Positions 16,418-25,773 of a DNA stretch of 64,000 nt are shown piece after piece. The notes beneath the pieces are model-generated. The model was not told the DNA's origin. It did no database searches and saw only the letters and a program-made list of their open reading frames with translations. The position numbers and the translations under genes were made by a program. The first letter of the stretch is position 1. Every line of letters starts with the position of its first letter. Source of the DNA: Rhizobiales bacterium Ga0077524 (GTDB lineage: Bacteria > Pseudomonadota > Alphaproteobacteria > Rhizobiales > Hyphomicrobiaceae); the NCBI GenBank assembly GCA_001464755.1, contig LNDR01000414.1:1848-65847 (forward strand), in the 5' to 3' direction.

Positions 16418-17197
16418 CTACAACGCACCCGGGAAAATGCCGCCGTCGAGCAGCAGGTTCTGGCCGGTGATGAAGCCAGCATGTTCCGAGCACATGAAGG
16501 CCGCCGCCGCACCGAACTCCTCGGGCTGGCCGAACCGCCCGGCGGGGACCCCCGCCTTGCGCAGTTCCATCGCCTTTTCGACAGGGATGCCCTGCTGCTG
16601 GGCTGCCTTGATTGTCGAGCCACGCAGCCGGTCGGTCTCGAACGGACCGGGCAGGATGTTGTTGATCGTGACGTTGTACTTCACCGCGCGGCGGGCCATG
16701 ACGGCGACGGCTCCGGTCAATCCGGCGCGCGCACCGTTCGACAGCTCCAGCGATGCGATCGGCGCCTTCACCGATTGGCTGGTGATGTTGAGGATGCGCC
16801 CCCATTTGCGGTCCATCATGCCGTAGACCGTGGACTTGATCAGCGCGATCGGCGTGATCATGTTCCACTCGACGGCCTTGCGCCAATCGTCGAGCGAGAA
16901 GTCCTTGAAGTCTCCGGGAGGCGGGCCGCCTGCGTTGTTGATCACGATGTCGGGATTGGGGCACGCCTTGAGGATCATGGCGCGACCCTCGTCCGTGGTC
17001 ACGTCGCACGCCACGGCCTCGACCCTGACATTGGCCGCCTTCCGGATCTCGTCGGCCGTGGCCTCGAGATCGGCCTTGGTGCGCGCCGAGATGATGACGT
17101 TCACACCTTCCTTGGCGAGCTGCATGGCCGTGGCGCGTCCGAGGCCTTTCGAGGCTGCGCAGACGATGGCCGTACGGCCGGCGATGCCGAGATCCAT
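16418..17197 (-). CDS. SDR-family oxidoreductase (FabG-like short-chain dehydrogenase)
   Basis: Rossmann motif in the N terminus MDLGIAGRTAIVCAASKGLGRA, NNAGG motif, about 259 aa. ATG at 17197; the longer ORF-track form is an extension. Confidence 0.85.
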   Translation of the reverse strand: MDLGIAGRTAIVCAASKGLGRATAMQLAKEGVNVIISARTKADLEATADEIRKAANVRVEAVACDVTTDEGRAMILKACPNPDIVINNAGGPPPGDFKDFSLDDWRKAVEWNMITPIALIKSTVYGMMDRKWGRILNITSQSVKAPIASLELSNGARAGLTGAVAVMARRAVKYNVTINNILPGPFETDRLRGSTIKAAQQQGIPVEKAMELRKAGVPAGRFGQPEEFGAAAAFMCSEHAGFITGQNLLLDGGIFPGAL

Positions 17198-17292
17198 GGG
17201 AGTTCCTCCACCGGTGTCGATTGTTCCAAGACGACAAGACCTCGCAGCCGTGGGCCGCGAGGTCAAGTGCAACCGGGGAGCATTTGGCGCGA

Positions 17293-18126
17293 TCAGACGG
17301 CCATGGCGTCGTCGGTGGGCGACAGGTTCTTAAGGGCCAGCGTGCCGAACGACAGGGCGGCATGCGTGCAGTAGAGCGTCGTGATCACAACCAGGAGCGA
17401 GAGCGTGCCGACGATCGCGGTCGAACCGGGAAGCGCGATGTTCACAATCTCGAGCAGGCCTGAAAGGATGACGACGGGCAGGTAGACGAGGCCCGCGCCG
17501 AAGGTCAGCCGCCAGGTGTTGCCACGCGTCTTGCGGAAGCTCTCGCCGAGGCTCATCGACTGGCCGACCGCGATGGCCGGGAGCACCAGGCTGAAGCGGC
17601 TTAGCAGCAGGTAGTAGGGAACGACGGCGAGCGGCAGGAACGGCGCCAGGGCGGCGAAGCGCTCGAGCGACATCGGACCGTCGCCGAGCCCGGTCGAGAT
17701 ACCGACGACTGCCGTCACGATGGTAGCGAAGAGCCCGACCGTCAGCACCAGTGCGAGGCCGATCAGCACCGAGTAGCCGACATAGGCCCACACCGCGCCG
17801 TCGAGGCGGATCGGCTGCGTTGGGCGCTCGCCGCTCTGAATGCCCCGATGCCATCCCACGAAGACGGCGGGGACGGCGATGACAGCGGCAATGAACAACG
17901 CGATCAGGGGCACCCAGCCAGCGCCGCCGACCAGCACCGGCGACGGGTTTGAGAAGCCGCTGTTCACGACGATGCCGACGCCCCAGGCCAGCAGCGTAAC
18001 GGCGATGATCGCCATCCACGGACAATAGAGGCGGGCCAGCAGGCCGACATTCCGGGCTACGGATGCCCACGCTGCGAGCGCGTTGCGCAGGACGGGAAGT
18101 TTCGTGCTGTCGTTCTGGACGTTCAT
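17293..18126 (-). CDS. hypothetical polytopic membrane protein
   Basis: 277 aa with about 6-7 hydrophobic segments and G/C-rich third positions. AGGAGA lies 5 nt upstream of the ATG. No family recognised. Confidence 0.7.
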   Translation of the reverse strand: MNVQNDSTKLPVLRNALAAWASVARNVGLLARLYCPWMAIIAVTLLAWGVGIVVNSGFSNPSPVLVGGAGWVPLIALFIAAVIAVPAVFVGWHRGIQSGERPTQPIRLDGAVWAYVGYSVLIGLALVLTVGLFATIVTAVVGISTGLGDGPMSLERFAALAPFLPLAVVPYYLLLSRFSLVLPAIAVGQSMSLGESFRKTRGNTWRLTFGAGLVYLPVVILSGLLEIVNIALPGSTAIVGTLSLLVVITTLYCTHAALSFGTLALKNLSPTDDAMAV

Positions 18127-18162
18127 AGCTCTCTCCTAGGCGGCAGACGTGTTGGAGAGACC
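18127..18162 (-). promoter_or_regulatory. 5'-UTR hairpin pairing an anti-SD (UCUCUCC) with the Shine-Dalgarno of the 17293-18126 gene
   Basis: Minus strand reads GGUCUCUCC, 17-nt loop, GGAGAGAGC, U, AUG. That gives 7 contiguous bp plus one more across a single mismatch, and the 3' arm is the ribosome-binding site. Confidence 0.3.
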
Positions 18163-18229
18163 ATACTAAACGTCGTTCATTGATACAAGACGCATCGGTT
18201 CACAAATAGGTGAGCGGAGCCAATTCTCG

Positions 18230-19195
18230 TCAGATCCAGCCCCGCCATCGGAAGAAGAGGTAGGGAAGCAGCCCGGACAACAGCATTACGACGAGCGCCA
18301 GCGGATAGCCGGAAATCCATTCCAATTCCGGCATGTGCTTGAAGTTCATGCCATATATCGCGCCCACCAGTGTCGGTGGCATCAGCGTCACAGCGAGGAG
18401 CGAGAACACCTTCATGGCCTTGTTCTGCTCGATCGAGATGGCCCCGAGGGTGGCATCGAGCAGAAAATTGGTGCGCGTCGTGAGAAACCGCATCTGCTCG
18501 GCCAGCGAGCGAACGTCGCCGCGCGCGACGTCGATCCGCGCCAGCGCGGCCGAAGCCGAGCCGCGCTCCTTCAGAACGGTCGTGAGATAGGCGAGCATCC
18601 GGTCCAGCGAGAAGGCCCCTTCCTCGAGCCGAGCGGTGATGTCTCCCTGCCGACCGATACCGCGGAGCACGACGTCGAGGCGTCGAGCATAATTGCGGCT
18701 ATCCTTGCGGGCCCCAAAGATGCCGCGCGCAATCCGCTCGATTTCGTCTTGCGAGCGCTCGATGGCATCGGCCGCACGCTCGACGATCGTCTCCAGGATG
18801 CCGGCGAGTAGGAGCGGCGCCGACGTGCAGTCGACCTCGCCCTTGGTCGCGCGCTGGGTGAAAATGGGGAACGCTTTCGGCTCGTGGTAGCGGATCGTGA
18901 CGAGACGATCCGGTGTCAGCACAAAGGTGATCGTCGCGCCGTCGGGTACCTCCGCCTCGATGTTATAGACGACGAAAACGGTCATATAATGCACGCCGTT
19001 CTCGCGGTAGAGTCGGCTCGACGCCTCGATCTCGCGGGCTTCGGCGCGCGTCGGGATCGAGATGCCGAGCGTTCGCTCGACCAGTGCGTCCTCCTCGTCC
19101 GTCGGCTCGACGAGGTCGATCCAGACAGCCTCAGGGCCGACGCCGGTGTCGTCCTGGACGAGGCATGACCCCTGGATGGAGTAGGATTTCAGCAC
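18230..19195 (-). CDS. corA: CorA-family Mg2+/Co2+ transporter
   Basis: Signature YGMNF (AIYGMNFKHMPELEW) before the last TM segment, two C-terminal TM segments, 321 aa. GTG start with GAGG 6 nt upstream. Confidence 0.9.
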   Translation of the reverse strand: MLKSYSIQGSCLVQDDTGVGPEAVWIDLVEPTDEEDALVERTLGISIPTRAEAREIEASSRLYRENGVHYMTVFVVYNIEAEVPDGATITFVLTPDRLVTIRYHEPKAFPIFTQRATKGEVDCTSAPLLLAGILETIVERAADAIERSQDEIERIARGIFGARKDSRNYARRLDVVLRGIGRQGDITARLEEGAFSLDRMLAYLTTVLKERGSASAALARIDVARGDVRSLAEQMRFLTTRTNFLLDATLGAISIEQNKAMKVFSLLAVTLMPPTLVGAIYGMNFKHMPELEWISGYPLALVVMLLSGLLPYLFFRWRGWI

Positions 19196-19213
19196 GCTGG
19201 CCTCGCTGTGACA

Positions 19214-20407
19214 TCAGGTGAGCGGGAGTGTCCCGTCGTCGCGCATCTCAGCCTCGGCCTCGAGGGCCTCTTCCTGTCCGGCAAGAGATTTGCGCAGCCA
19301 GCGTAACAAGATCACAAGCATGCTGACGCCCAGCAGTCCGAGCACGACGAAATTCAACTCCGACGCGCCGAGACCGACGAGCTTCGACGACCAGTCGCTG
19401 ATGTCCTGATAGCGGAGTACGGCAACGGCCGAGACGACACCGCCGACGAGTTGCACGATGCGGGCGAGCTCGATGCGCACCTTGTCGGCAAAATAAGCCG
19501 TCAGCAGCAGCGCCCACGGCACGACGACCAGGCTCAAGCGAAACGGGAACTTCGATGCCGGGCCATAGAGGACGTCGGAAGTCTGCTGGTAGGCGTAGTC
19601 CATCACCGGCCAGAACAGCATCGCGGCGGCGCCGATCTGGAGGCCGCGCTCCATGGCGATGAGATTCTTGCCGTAGTGCTCCCGCAGCGTGCGCTTCCAG
19701 GCGATCAGGAGGAAGCCGATGAGCACGATGACGATGATGAAGAACGCCTTGAACGGCAGCAGGTAGCGATCGATTTCGGCTGCGCGGGATCGGGTTGCAG
19801 GATTGGCCCACAACGTCAAGACCTCCTCGGCGAAGGCGCGTTTGACCCGGCAGCATCGATTGGCATCGAGCTTAGTGCCCGATGGGAAACAATAGCGCTC
19901 GGCCGCTCGCTCCGCGGTGCCCTCCATCAAGGGATCGGGTGTGCAGTCGCGAATGAACGGCGAGATCCGGATGCGCTCGAGGGATTTCTCCCTGAGATCG
20001 GCGATCACGGGCAGGATCGGCTTGACGCACAAATCGCCGCCATCGAGACAGCGCCGTGGCCGCTGGGCGTTCGCTTCCAAGGCCGCCGGAGAGGCTTCCC
20101 ACATCGCCCGCAGCTTTGTGTTGTTCAGGTCGTCGGCGAACCAGATCGCAAGCCCGATGGCAACAATCGAGCCGAGCGCAACATGATTCACGTAGATATC
20201 GGTGAAGATCACGGCGGGGATGTAGAACGCGGCGAGTGCGACGAGCCCCAGGGTCGGGAAGAAGACGAAGAGATAGCTGTTGGACGAGAGGATCGCGATC
20301 AGCTCGGTATCGCGGAACTCCCACACAATGGAAGCTGTCGACGCGATGAAGGTCAGCGCCAGCGCGATGAACACGACCGCGACAAAACGATAGGAGAACA
20401 GAGACAC
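19214..20407 (-). CDS. hypothetical 8-TM membrane protein with a Cys-rich extracytoplasmic loop
   Basis: 397 aa. GTG start with GGGAGGG 6 nt upstream. Three N-terminal TM segments, a ~120-aa loop with 6 Cys (RRCLDGGDLC...RDC...RYC...NRCC), then about 5 more TM segments. Its stop is 18 nt before the corA start. Confidence 0.75.
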   Translation of the reverse strand: MSLFSYRFVAVVFIALALTFIASTASIVWEFRDTELIAILSSNSYLFVFFPTLGLVALAAFYIPAVIFTDIYVNHVALGSIVAIGLAIWFADDLNNTKLRAMWEASPAALEANAQRPRRCLDGGDLCVKPILPVIADLREKSLERIRISPFIRDCTPDPLMEGTAERAAERYCFPSGTKLDANRCCRVKRAFAEEVLTLWANPATRSRAAEIDRYLLPFKAFFIIVIVLIGFLLIAWKRTLREHYGKNLIAMERGLQIGAAAMLFWPVMDYAYQQTSDVLYGPASKFPFRLSLVVVPWALLLTAYFADKVRIELARIVQLVGGVVSAVAVLRYQDISDWSSKLVGLGASELNFVVLGLLGVSMLVILLRWLRKSLAGQEEALEAEAEMRDDGTLPLT

Positions 20408-20496
20408 GCGCGACCCTCCCGCCTCACTTGGGCGCGGACTTTATCAAACCATGCGTTCAAGGCCAGTGTGGGGCCGTCACAGGTGTGGCGGATGGG

Positions 20497-21687
20497 TCAC
20501 GCTTGCGCGGGCGGCGTGGCCATGCGGTCGACCCATAGCACCGCGAGTCCGGCGAGCAGCCCCCAGAACGCCGACCCAATTCCGAAGACGGCGATCCCCG
20601 AAGCCGTGACCGCGAACGTCACCACCGCCGCGAAGCGGTGCCGTTCCTCGGCAAGGGCCGAGCCCAGCGCACCCGTCAGTGCGCCGATCAGACCGAGCCC
20701 GGCGATGGTCTTGATCAGCGCTCCCGGGAACGCGGCGAACAACGCCACCAGCGACGCGCCCGCCGCCGCCAGAGCCGTATAGACGACGAGATACGCGATC
20801 CCCGTCCACCAGCGCTTCGCCGGATCGGGATGCGCATCCGGCCCCGTGCAGATCGCCGCCGTGATCGCCGCCATATTGATCGTGTGTGCGCCGACAGGGG
20901 CGATCGCCAGCGAGGCGAGGCCAGTCACCAGCAACGCCGACGACAGAGGTGGCTCGTAACCGGAGGCCTTCAAGACCGCGGCACCGGGGAGGTTCTGCGA
21001 GGCCATGGTCACGAGATAGAGTGGCACGCCGAGCCCGATCAGCGCGGCGACGTCGAGACGCGGCGTCACAACCGCGAAGGACGAGAGCGTCAACGGCGGC
21101 CACGTCTTGACCAGGCCCATCGCCGAGACGAGAAGCGTGCCGGCCGCGATCACCAGCAGCATCGCCGTGCCGGGGCTTCGGAGGCGGACAATCAGGAACA
21201 GCGCGACGAGCGGCAGCACGATCAACGGCGCCTCGGGCGCGATCTCGATCATCTGCAACACGAAGCGCACCAGGACGCCCGCCAGCATCCCCGCCGCGAC
21301 GCCTAAGGGAATGCGCCGCACCGCCCTGTCGAGAGGCCGGATCAAGGCCGTGGCCACGAGAAGTCCGCCCGCCAGCAGGAAGGCGCCCACAGCCGCGTCG
21401 AGCTTGATGGTGCCGGCCGTTGCCGCGATTACGGCCGCCCCTGGCGTCGACCATGCCGTGATGATGGGCATCCGATGCCACCACGAGAGCAGCCCCGAGG
21501 TCAGCGCCATCGAAAGGAAGAGCGCGGTGACCCACGACGTCGTCTCGGCCGGTGTCGCGCCCAGCGCACGGGCCGCCTCGAGCACGACCGCCAGCGCGCC
21601 CGAAATGCCGACGAGCGCGGCGACAACGGCCGCCGTGACGGTTGAAAGGCGCATGGACGTGGGGCTCCTGAAGGCAGACGGGAGCAC
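20497..21687 (-). CDS. BenE-family (benzoate/H+ symporter-like) transporter
   Basis: About 12 TM segments. BenE-like segments include AALVGISGALAVVLEAA and PIITAWSTPGAAVIA. An alternative start at 21654 (MRLSTVTAAV) is possible. Confidence 0.8.
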   Translation of the reverse strand: MLPSAFRSPTSMRLSTVTAAVVAALVGISGALAVVLEAARALGATPAETTSWVTALFLSMALTSGLLSWWHRMPIITAWSTPGAAVIAATAGTIKLDAAVGAFLLAGGLLVATALIRPLDRAVRRIPLGVAAGMLAGVLVRFVLQMIEIAPEAPLIVLPLVALFLIVRLRSPGTAMLLVIAAGTLLVSAMGLVKTWPPLTLSSFAVVTPRLDVAALIGLGVPLYLVTMASQNLPGAAVLKASGYEPPLSSALLVTGLASLAIAPVGAHTINMAAITAAICTGPDAHPDPAKRWWTGIAYLVVYTALAAAGASLVALFAAFPGALIKTIAGLGLIGALTGALGSALAEERHRFAAVVTFAVTASGIAVFGIGSAFWGLLAGLAVLWVDRMATPPAQA

Positions 21688-21756
21688 GACAATAACCGGT
21701 CCCGGTCGGCGCTGCGATTGAGAGATCAGCGGCAGCGAATGGCTGCGAAAGCCGGC

Positions 21757-24700
21757 TCAGCCTCTCTTCACCTCCGCCATCGTCGCCAGCTCGGTGAGGA
21801 ACCCCTGCACGCCCTTCATGCGCTGGGCGGGCTTCTCCCACTCGGCCCTGAAGACCAGCTTCATTTCCGGCTCTTTACTCGCTTTGGCCGTCCCTTGCTG
21901 GATCTTCACCAGCCCCTTCGATGCCTGGATGAATTTCACCAGAGCCTCCGGGTTGGCGAACTGGCCTTTGCGGAAGGCGATCGACGCGCCTTTCGTGCCG
22001 GCATCGAGCTGACCCACGCCTGCGCGGCGGCAGAGTGCCTTCAGTTCCATCACGTCGAGCAGAGCCTCGGCCTCGACGGGAAGCGGCCCGAACCGGTCGA
22101 TCAATTCGGCGGCGAACTGGTCGATCTGGTCGCGCGAGACGAGACCCGACAGTCGACGATAAAGGCCGAGCCGCACCTGCAGATCCGTGATGTAGGCCTC
22201 GGGCAGCAGCACCGGCATGCCGACCTGGATCTGCGGGCTCCATTGCTCGGACGTCTCGTAGCCGTCGATATCACCGCCCTTCAGGGCCTCGATCGTCTCC
22301 TCGAGCATCGACTGGTACAGCTCGAAGCCAACCTCGCGAATATGGCCCGATTGCTCGTCGCCCAGGAGGTTGCCGGCGCCGCGGATATCGAGGTCGTGGC
22401 TCGCGAGCGAGAACCCCGCGCCGAGCTGGTCGAGAGATTGCAGCACTTTCAGGCGCTTCTCTGCGCCCTCTGTCAGGCGCTGGCCGACCGGTGTCGTGAA
22501 ATAGGCGTAGGCGCGTATTTTCGAGCGCCCAACGCGGCCACGCAACTGGTAGAGCGCTGAGAGGCCGAACATGTCGGCGCGATGCACGATGAGCGTGTTG
22601 GCGCGCGGAATGTCGAGACCGGATTCCACGATCGCGGTCGAGAGCAGCACATCGTACTGACCCTCGTAGAAGGCCGTCATGATGTCCTCGAGCTCGGTGG
22701 GCGACAGCTGCCCGTGGGCCCGTGCCATCTTGAGTTCGGGGACATGCTCGGCCAGGAAGTCGGCGACCTCGTCGAGATCGGCAATGCGCGGCACGACGTA
22801 GAACGATTGGCCGCCACGATGGCGCTCGCGCCGTAGGGCCTCGCGCAGAATGACGGGGTCGACCGGCGAGATATAGGTGCGGACCGCAAGGCGATCGACT
22901 GGCGGCGTGGTGATCAAGGACAACTCGCGCACACCGGACAAGGCGAGCTGCAACGTGCGCGGGATCGGCGTAGCCGAAAGCGTGAGGACGTGCACATCCT
23001 CCTTCAGCTGCTTCAGCCGCTCCTTGTGATTGACGCCGAAATGCTGCTCCTCGTCGATGATCAGCAGGCCGAGGCGCGCGAACTGAATAGTCTTCGACAG
23101 CAGCGCGTGCGTGCCGACGACGATGTCGAGCGTCCCGTCCGCGATCCCTTTTCGGACCTCGGCAAGCTCTTTCGCCGGGACCATCCGCGAAGCGCGGCCG
23201 ATCTTCAGCGGCAGTCCCTGGAAGCGGGCCTCGAACGTCTTGAAATGCTGGCGGGCGAGCAGCGTGGTCGGCACGACGACGGCGACCTGCAACCCGCCCA
23301 TGGCTGCGACGAACGCGGCCCGAAGGGCAACCTCGGTCTTGCCGAAACCGACGTCGCCGCAGATCAGCCGGTCCATGGGCCTGCCCGCCGCCAGATCCTC
23401 GATGACCGCGTCGATGGAGGCGCCCTGGTCCTCGGTCTCCTCGTAAGGGAAGCGCGCCACGAATTCCTCGTAGGGGCCCTCCGGCTTCAGCAGGACAGGA
23501 GCCTCGCGCAGCTGGCGTAGCGCCGCCACCTTGATCAGTTCCGAGGCGATCTCGCGCAGGCGCTTCTTGAGCTTGGCTTTTCGGTTCTGCCACGCCGCGC
23601 CGCCCAGCCGGTCCAGCTCGGCTCCGGTCTCGTCCGAGCCGTAGCGCGACAACAGCTCGATGTTCTCGACGGGCAGGTACAACTTGTCGCCGTTGTGATA
23701 GGCGAGTTCGAGGCAGTCGTGCGGGGCGCCCAGCGCCGTGATGGTTCGCAGGCCGACGAACCGCCCGATACCGTGATCCGTATGCACGACGAGATCGCCG
23801 ACCGACAGGCTCGTCGCCTCGGTGATGACGTCGGCGGCCTTGCGCGCGCGACGGCGCGGGCGCACCAGGCGATCGCCGAGAATATCCTGCTCGCCGATGA
23901 CTGCGAGGTCGGGCGTCTCGAACCCTTCCTCGAGACCCAGCACCGCCAGCATTGGCGTTGCGGCCGGCGTGATCAGCGCCTCGTCGTAGCTCTCGATCCT
24001 CTTGGTGCCCGCAAGTCCGTGCTCCGCGAGCAGGGCCGCGAGGCGCTCGCGCGCACCGGGCGTCCAGGCTGCAACGAGCGTGCGCTTGCCTTGCGTGGTC
24101 AGCGAGCGGATGTGGGCTGCGACGGCGTCGAAGAGCTTGCCATCGGGATCGTTCCGCTCCGGCGCGAACGAACGGCCGCGGCGGCCGTTGAACGAGCGGA
24201 TGGTACCGCTCGCGTCCTCGCTCTCGAAAGCCGAAAGGCGCGAGACGCGGCGCGTCTCCAGCGTCTTCTTCCACTCCGGCCCAAGAACGAACATCTGGCC
24301 CGGCGGCACGGGCTTGTATGGCGGGGCGCCGAACGTCGCGACTTCCAGCGCTTCGACGCGCGCCTTGTAGTGCTCCTCGATCTGGGCTTGCCTGTCGACG
24401 AGCGACTGCTCGGCCATGTGGTCGAGCGAGATCGGCGCATCGGCAATGTAGTCGAAGATGGTCTCGAGATGGTCGTGGAAAAGCGGCAGCCAATGCTCCT
24501 GGCCGGGAAAGCGTTGCCCCGCGCTCACCGCCTCATAGAGTTGATCGTCGGACTGCGCCGGTCCGAAAAGCGCGATGTAGGCTTGCCGGAACCGGCTGGT
24601 CGATGCTTCGCCGAATGCGATCTCGCTCATGGGCGTGAGCAGCAGCCGCTGCACGATTTTCTGCGTGCGCTGGGTCTCGGGGTCGAAGCTCTTGATGGTC

Positions 24701-25308
24701 TCGAGGGTGTCGTCGAAGAAGTCGAGCCTGACGGGGCTCTGGCGCCCGGGCGGGAAGAGATCGATCAAGCTGCCGCGCACCGCGAACTCGCCGGCCTCCA
24801 TCACGGTCGAGGCGCGCACGAAGCCGGCGAGCGACAACCGCTCGATCAACTGGCTCCGGTCGATCCGTTGGCCGGGGGCGATCTGGCGTAGCGACTGCTT
24901 GATGAAGCTGCGGGGCGGCAGCCGCTGCAACACGGAGTTGATCGTGGTCAGCACCACCGTCGGCTCCTTCCGGGAGCCCGCCGCCAGGATTGCCAGCGAG
25001 GCGATCCGCTTGGCCACGAGATCCGAGTTGGGCCCGATCCGGTCATAAGGAACCGTATCCCAGGCCGGCAGCGTGACGACCTTGGTCTTGGGCGAGAAGA
25101 ACGCCAGCGCCGCCTCGAGTTCGCCGAGCCGGCGGTCGTCGCGCGCCACGTGAACAAGTGCCATCGGCCGGCCGGCGATGGCTGACGCTTCCGCCGCCAG
25201 CTGGCCGAGCACCAGTCCGTCGTAGCCCTCCGGCACGCCGACGATCGTCTCTGTTCCCGTCGGGAGCGCCGCGCGCTTCTCCTTGGTGCTTGATGCGGCG
25301 GCGTTCAC
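21757..25308 (-). CDS. mfd: transcription-repair coupling factor
   Basis: Superfamily-2 helicase motifs (CGDVGFGKTEVALRAA, DEEQHFG, TLSATPIPRT, QLRGRVGR) and a UvrB-homology N-terminal region. The GTG start at 25308 overlaps the sdhE stop (GTGA). The 1456-aa ORF-track form is an artefactual extension. Confidence 0.92.
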   Translation of the reverse strand: MNAAASSTKEKRAALPTGTETIVGVPEGYDGLVLGQLAAEASAIAGRPMALVHVARDDRRLGELEAALAFFSPKTKVVTLPAWDTVPYDRIGPNSDLVAKRIASLAILAAGSRKEPTVVLTTINSVLQRLPPRSFIKQSLRQIAPGQRIDRSQLIERLSLAGFVRASTVMEAGEFAVRGSLIDLFPPGRQSPVRLDFFDDTLETIKSFDPETQRTQKIVQRLLLTPMSEIAFGEASTSRFRQAYIALFGPAQSDDQLYEAVSAGQRFPGQEHWLPLFHDHLETIFDYIADAPISLDHMAEQSLVDRQAQIEEHYKARVEALEVATFGAPPYKPVPPGQMFVLGPEWKKTLETRRVSRLSAFESEDASGTIRSFNGRRGRSFAPERNDPDGKLFDAVAAHIRSLTTQGKRTLVAAWTPGARERLAALLAEHGLAGTKRIESYDEALITPAATPMLAVLGLEEGFETPDLAVIGEQDILGDRLVRPRRRARKAADVITEATSLSVGDLVVHTDHGIGRFVGLRTITALGAPHDCLELAYHNGDKLYLPVENIELLSRYGSDETGAELDRLGGAAWQNRKAKLKKRLREIASELIKVAALRQLREAPVLLKPEGPYEEFVARFPYEETEDQGASIDAVIEDLAAGRPMDRLICGDVGFGKTEVALRAAFVAAMGGLQVAVVVPTTLLARQHFKTFEARFQGLPLKIGRASRMVPAKELAEVRKGIADGTLDIVVGTHALLSKTIQFARLGLLIIDEEQHFGVNHKERLKQLKEDVHVLTLSATPIPRTLQLALSGVRELSLITTPPVDRLAVRTYISPVDPVILREALRRERHRGGQSFYVVPRIADLDEVADFLAEHVPELKMARAHGQLSPTELEDIMTAFYEGQYDVLLSTAIVESGLDIPRANTLIVHRADMFGLSALYQLRGRVGRSKIRAYAYFTTPVGQRLTEGAEKRLKVLQSLDQLGAGFSLASHDLDIRGAGNLLGDEQSGHIREVGFELYQSMLEETIEALKGGDIDGYETSEQWSPQIQVGMPVLLPEAYITDLQVRLGLYRRLSGLVSRDQIDQFAAELIDRFGPLPVEAEALLDVMELKALCRRAGVGQLDAGTKGASIAFRKGQFANPEALVKFIQASKGLVKIQQGTAKASKEPEMKLVFRAEWEKPAQRMKGVQGFLTELATMAEVKRG

Positions 25309-25601
25309 GGCGTGCCGGCTCCGGGGGCGTCGGCTGTCCCGATGCCGATCCCGTGGAACGTGCGGATGAGGGTGACAAGGTCGGAGAGGTCGTTCTCGGA
25401 TCTTGCCTCGCCGCCCAGTATCCAATCCTGCAGATCCGGATCGGGCAATGCCAGCAGTTGCTCGAACGTGGTCAACTCGACCTCGCCCATGACCGGCAAA
25501 TGGGCCTCGCCGTACCGGCCGAGGAGCCAATCCATCTCCTTGGTGCCACGGTGGGCAGCGCGGTAGGCCGCCCGGCGGCGGCGCAGATCGAGGTCGGTCA
25601 T
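25305..25601 (-). CDS. sdhE: FAD assembly factor SdhE (succinate dehydrogenase assembly factor 2, DUF339)
   Basis: 98 aa with the RGxxE motif (AHRGTKEMDWLLG). ATG at 25601. Lies immediately upstream of mfd. Confidence 0.85.
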   Translation of the reverse strand: MTDLDLRRRRAAYRAAHRGTKEMDWLLGRYGEAHLPVMGEVELTTFEQLLALPDPDLQDWILGGEARSENDLSDLVTLIRTFHGIGIGTADAPGAGTP

Positions 25602-25773
25602 GTCGGGTCCCGCGCAAGCAAGATTGAGTGACGATCCACAACGGACGGTTGACGGCAGGCAGCCATGCTGTCCACGTTCGCGGCCAGCGTGATATAGCGC
25701 CGAAGGCCCCGAGCGCAAACACCGCGCGGCGAGGGGAGGAAGCCCAAGACCACGCCAACCTTCGAGTCCCCGC

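Noticed and set aside
18167-18178. The 12-mer TAAACGTCGTTC (core AACG-N-CGTT dyad) occurs at 18167-18178 (corA 3' flank) and at 40709-40720 (hflX 3' flank).
   Set aside because: There are only two copies in 64 kb, and I found no further AACGNCGTT dyads in intergenic regions by eye. A 12-mer match between two of many intergenic segments is not clearly beyond chance. A genome-wide count would be needed.
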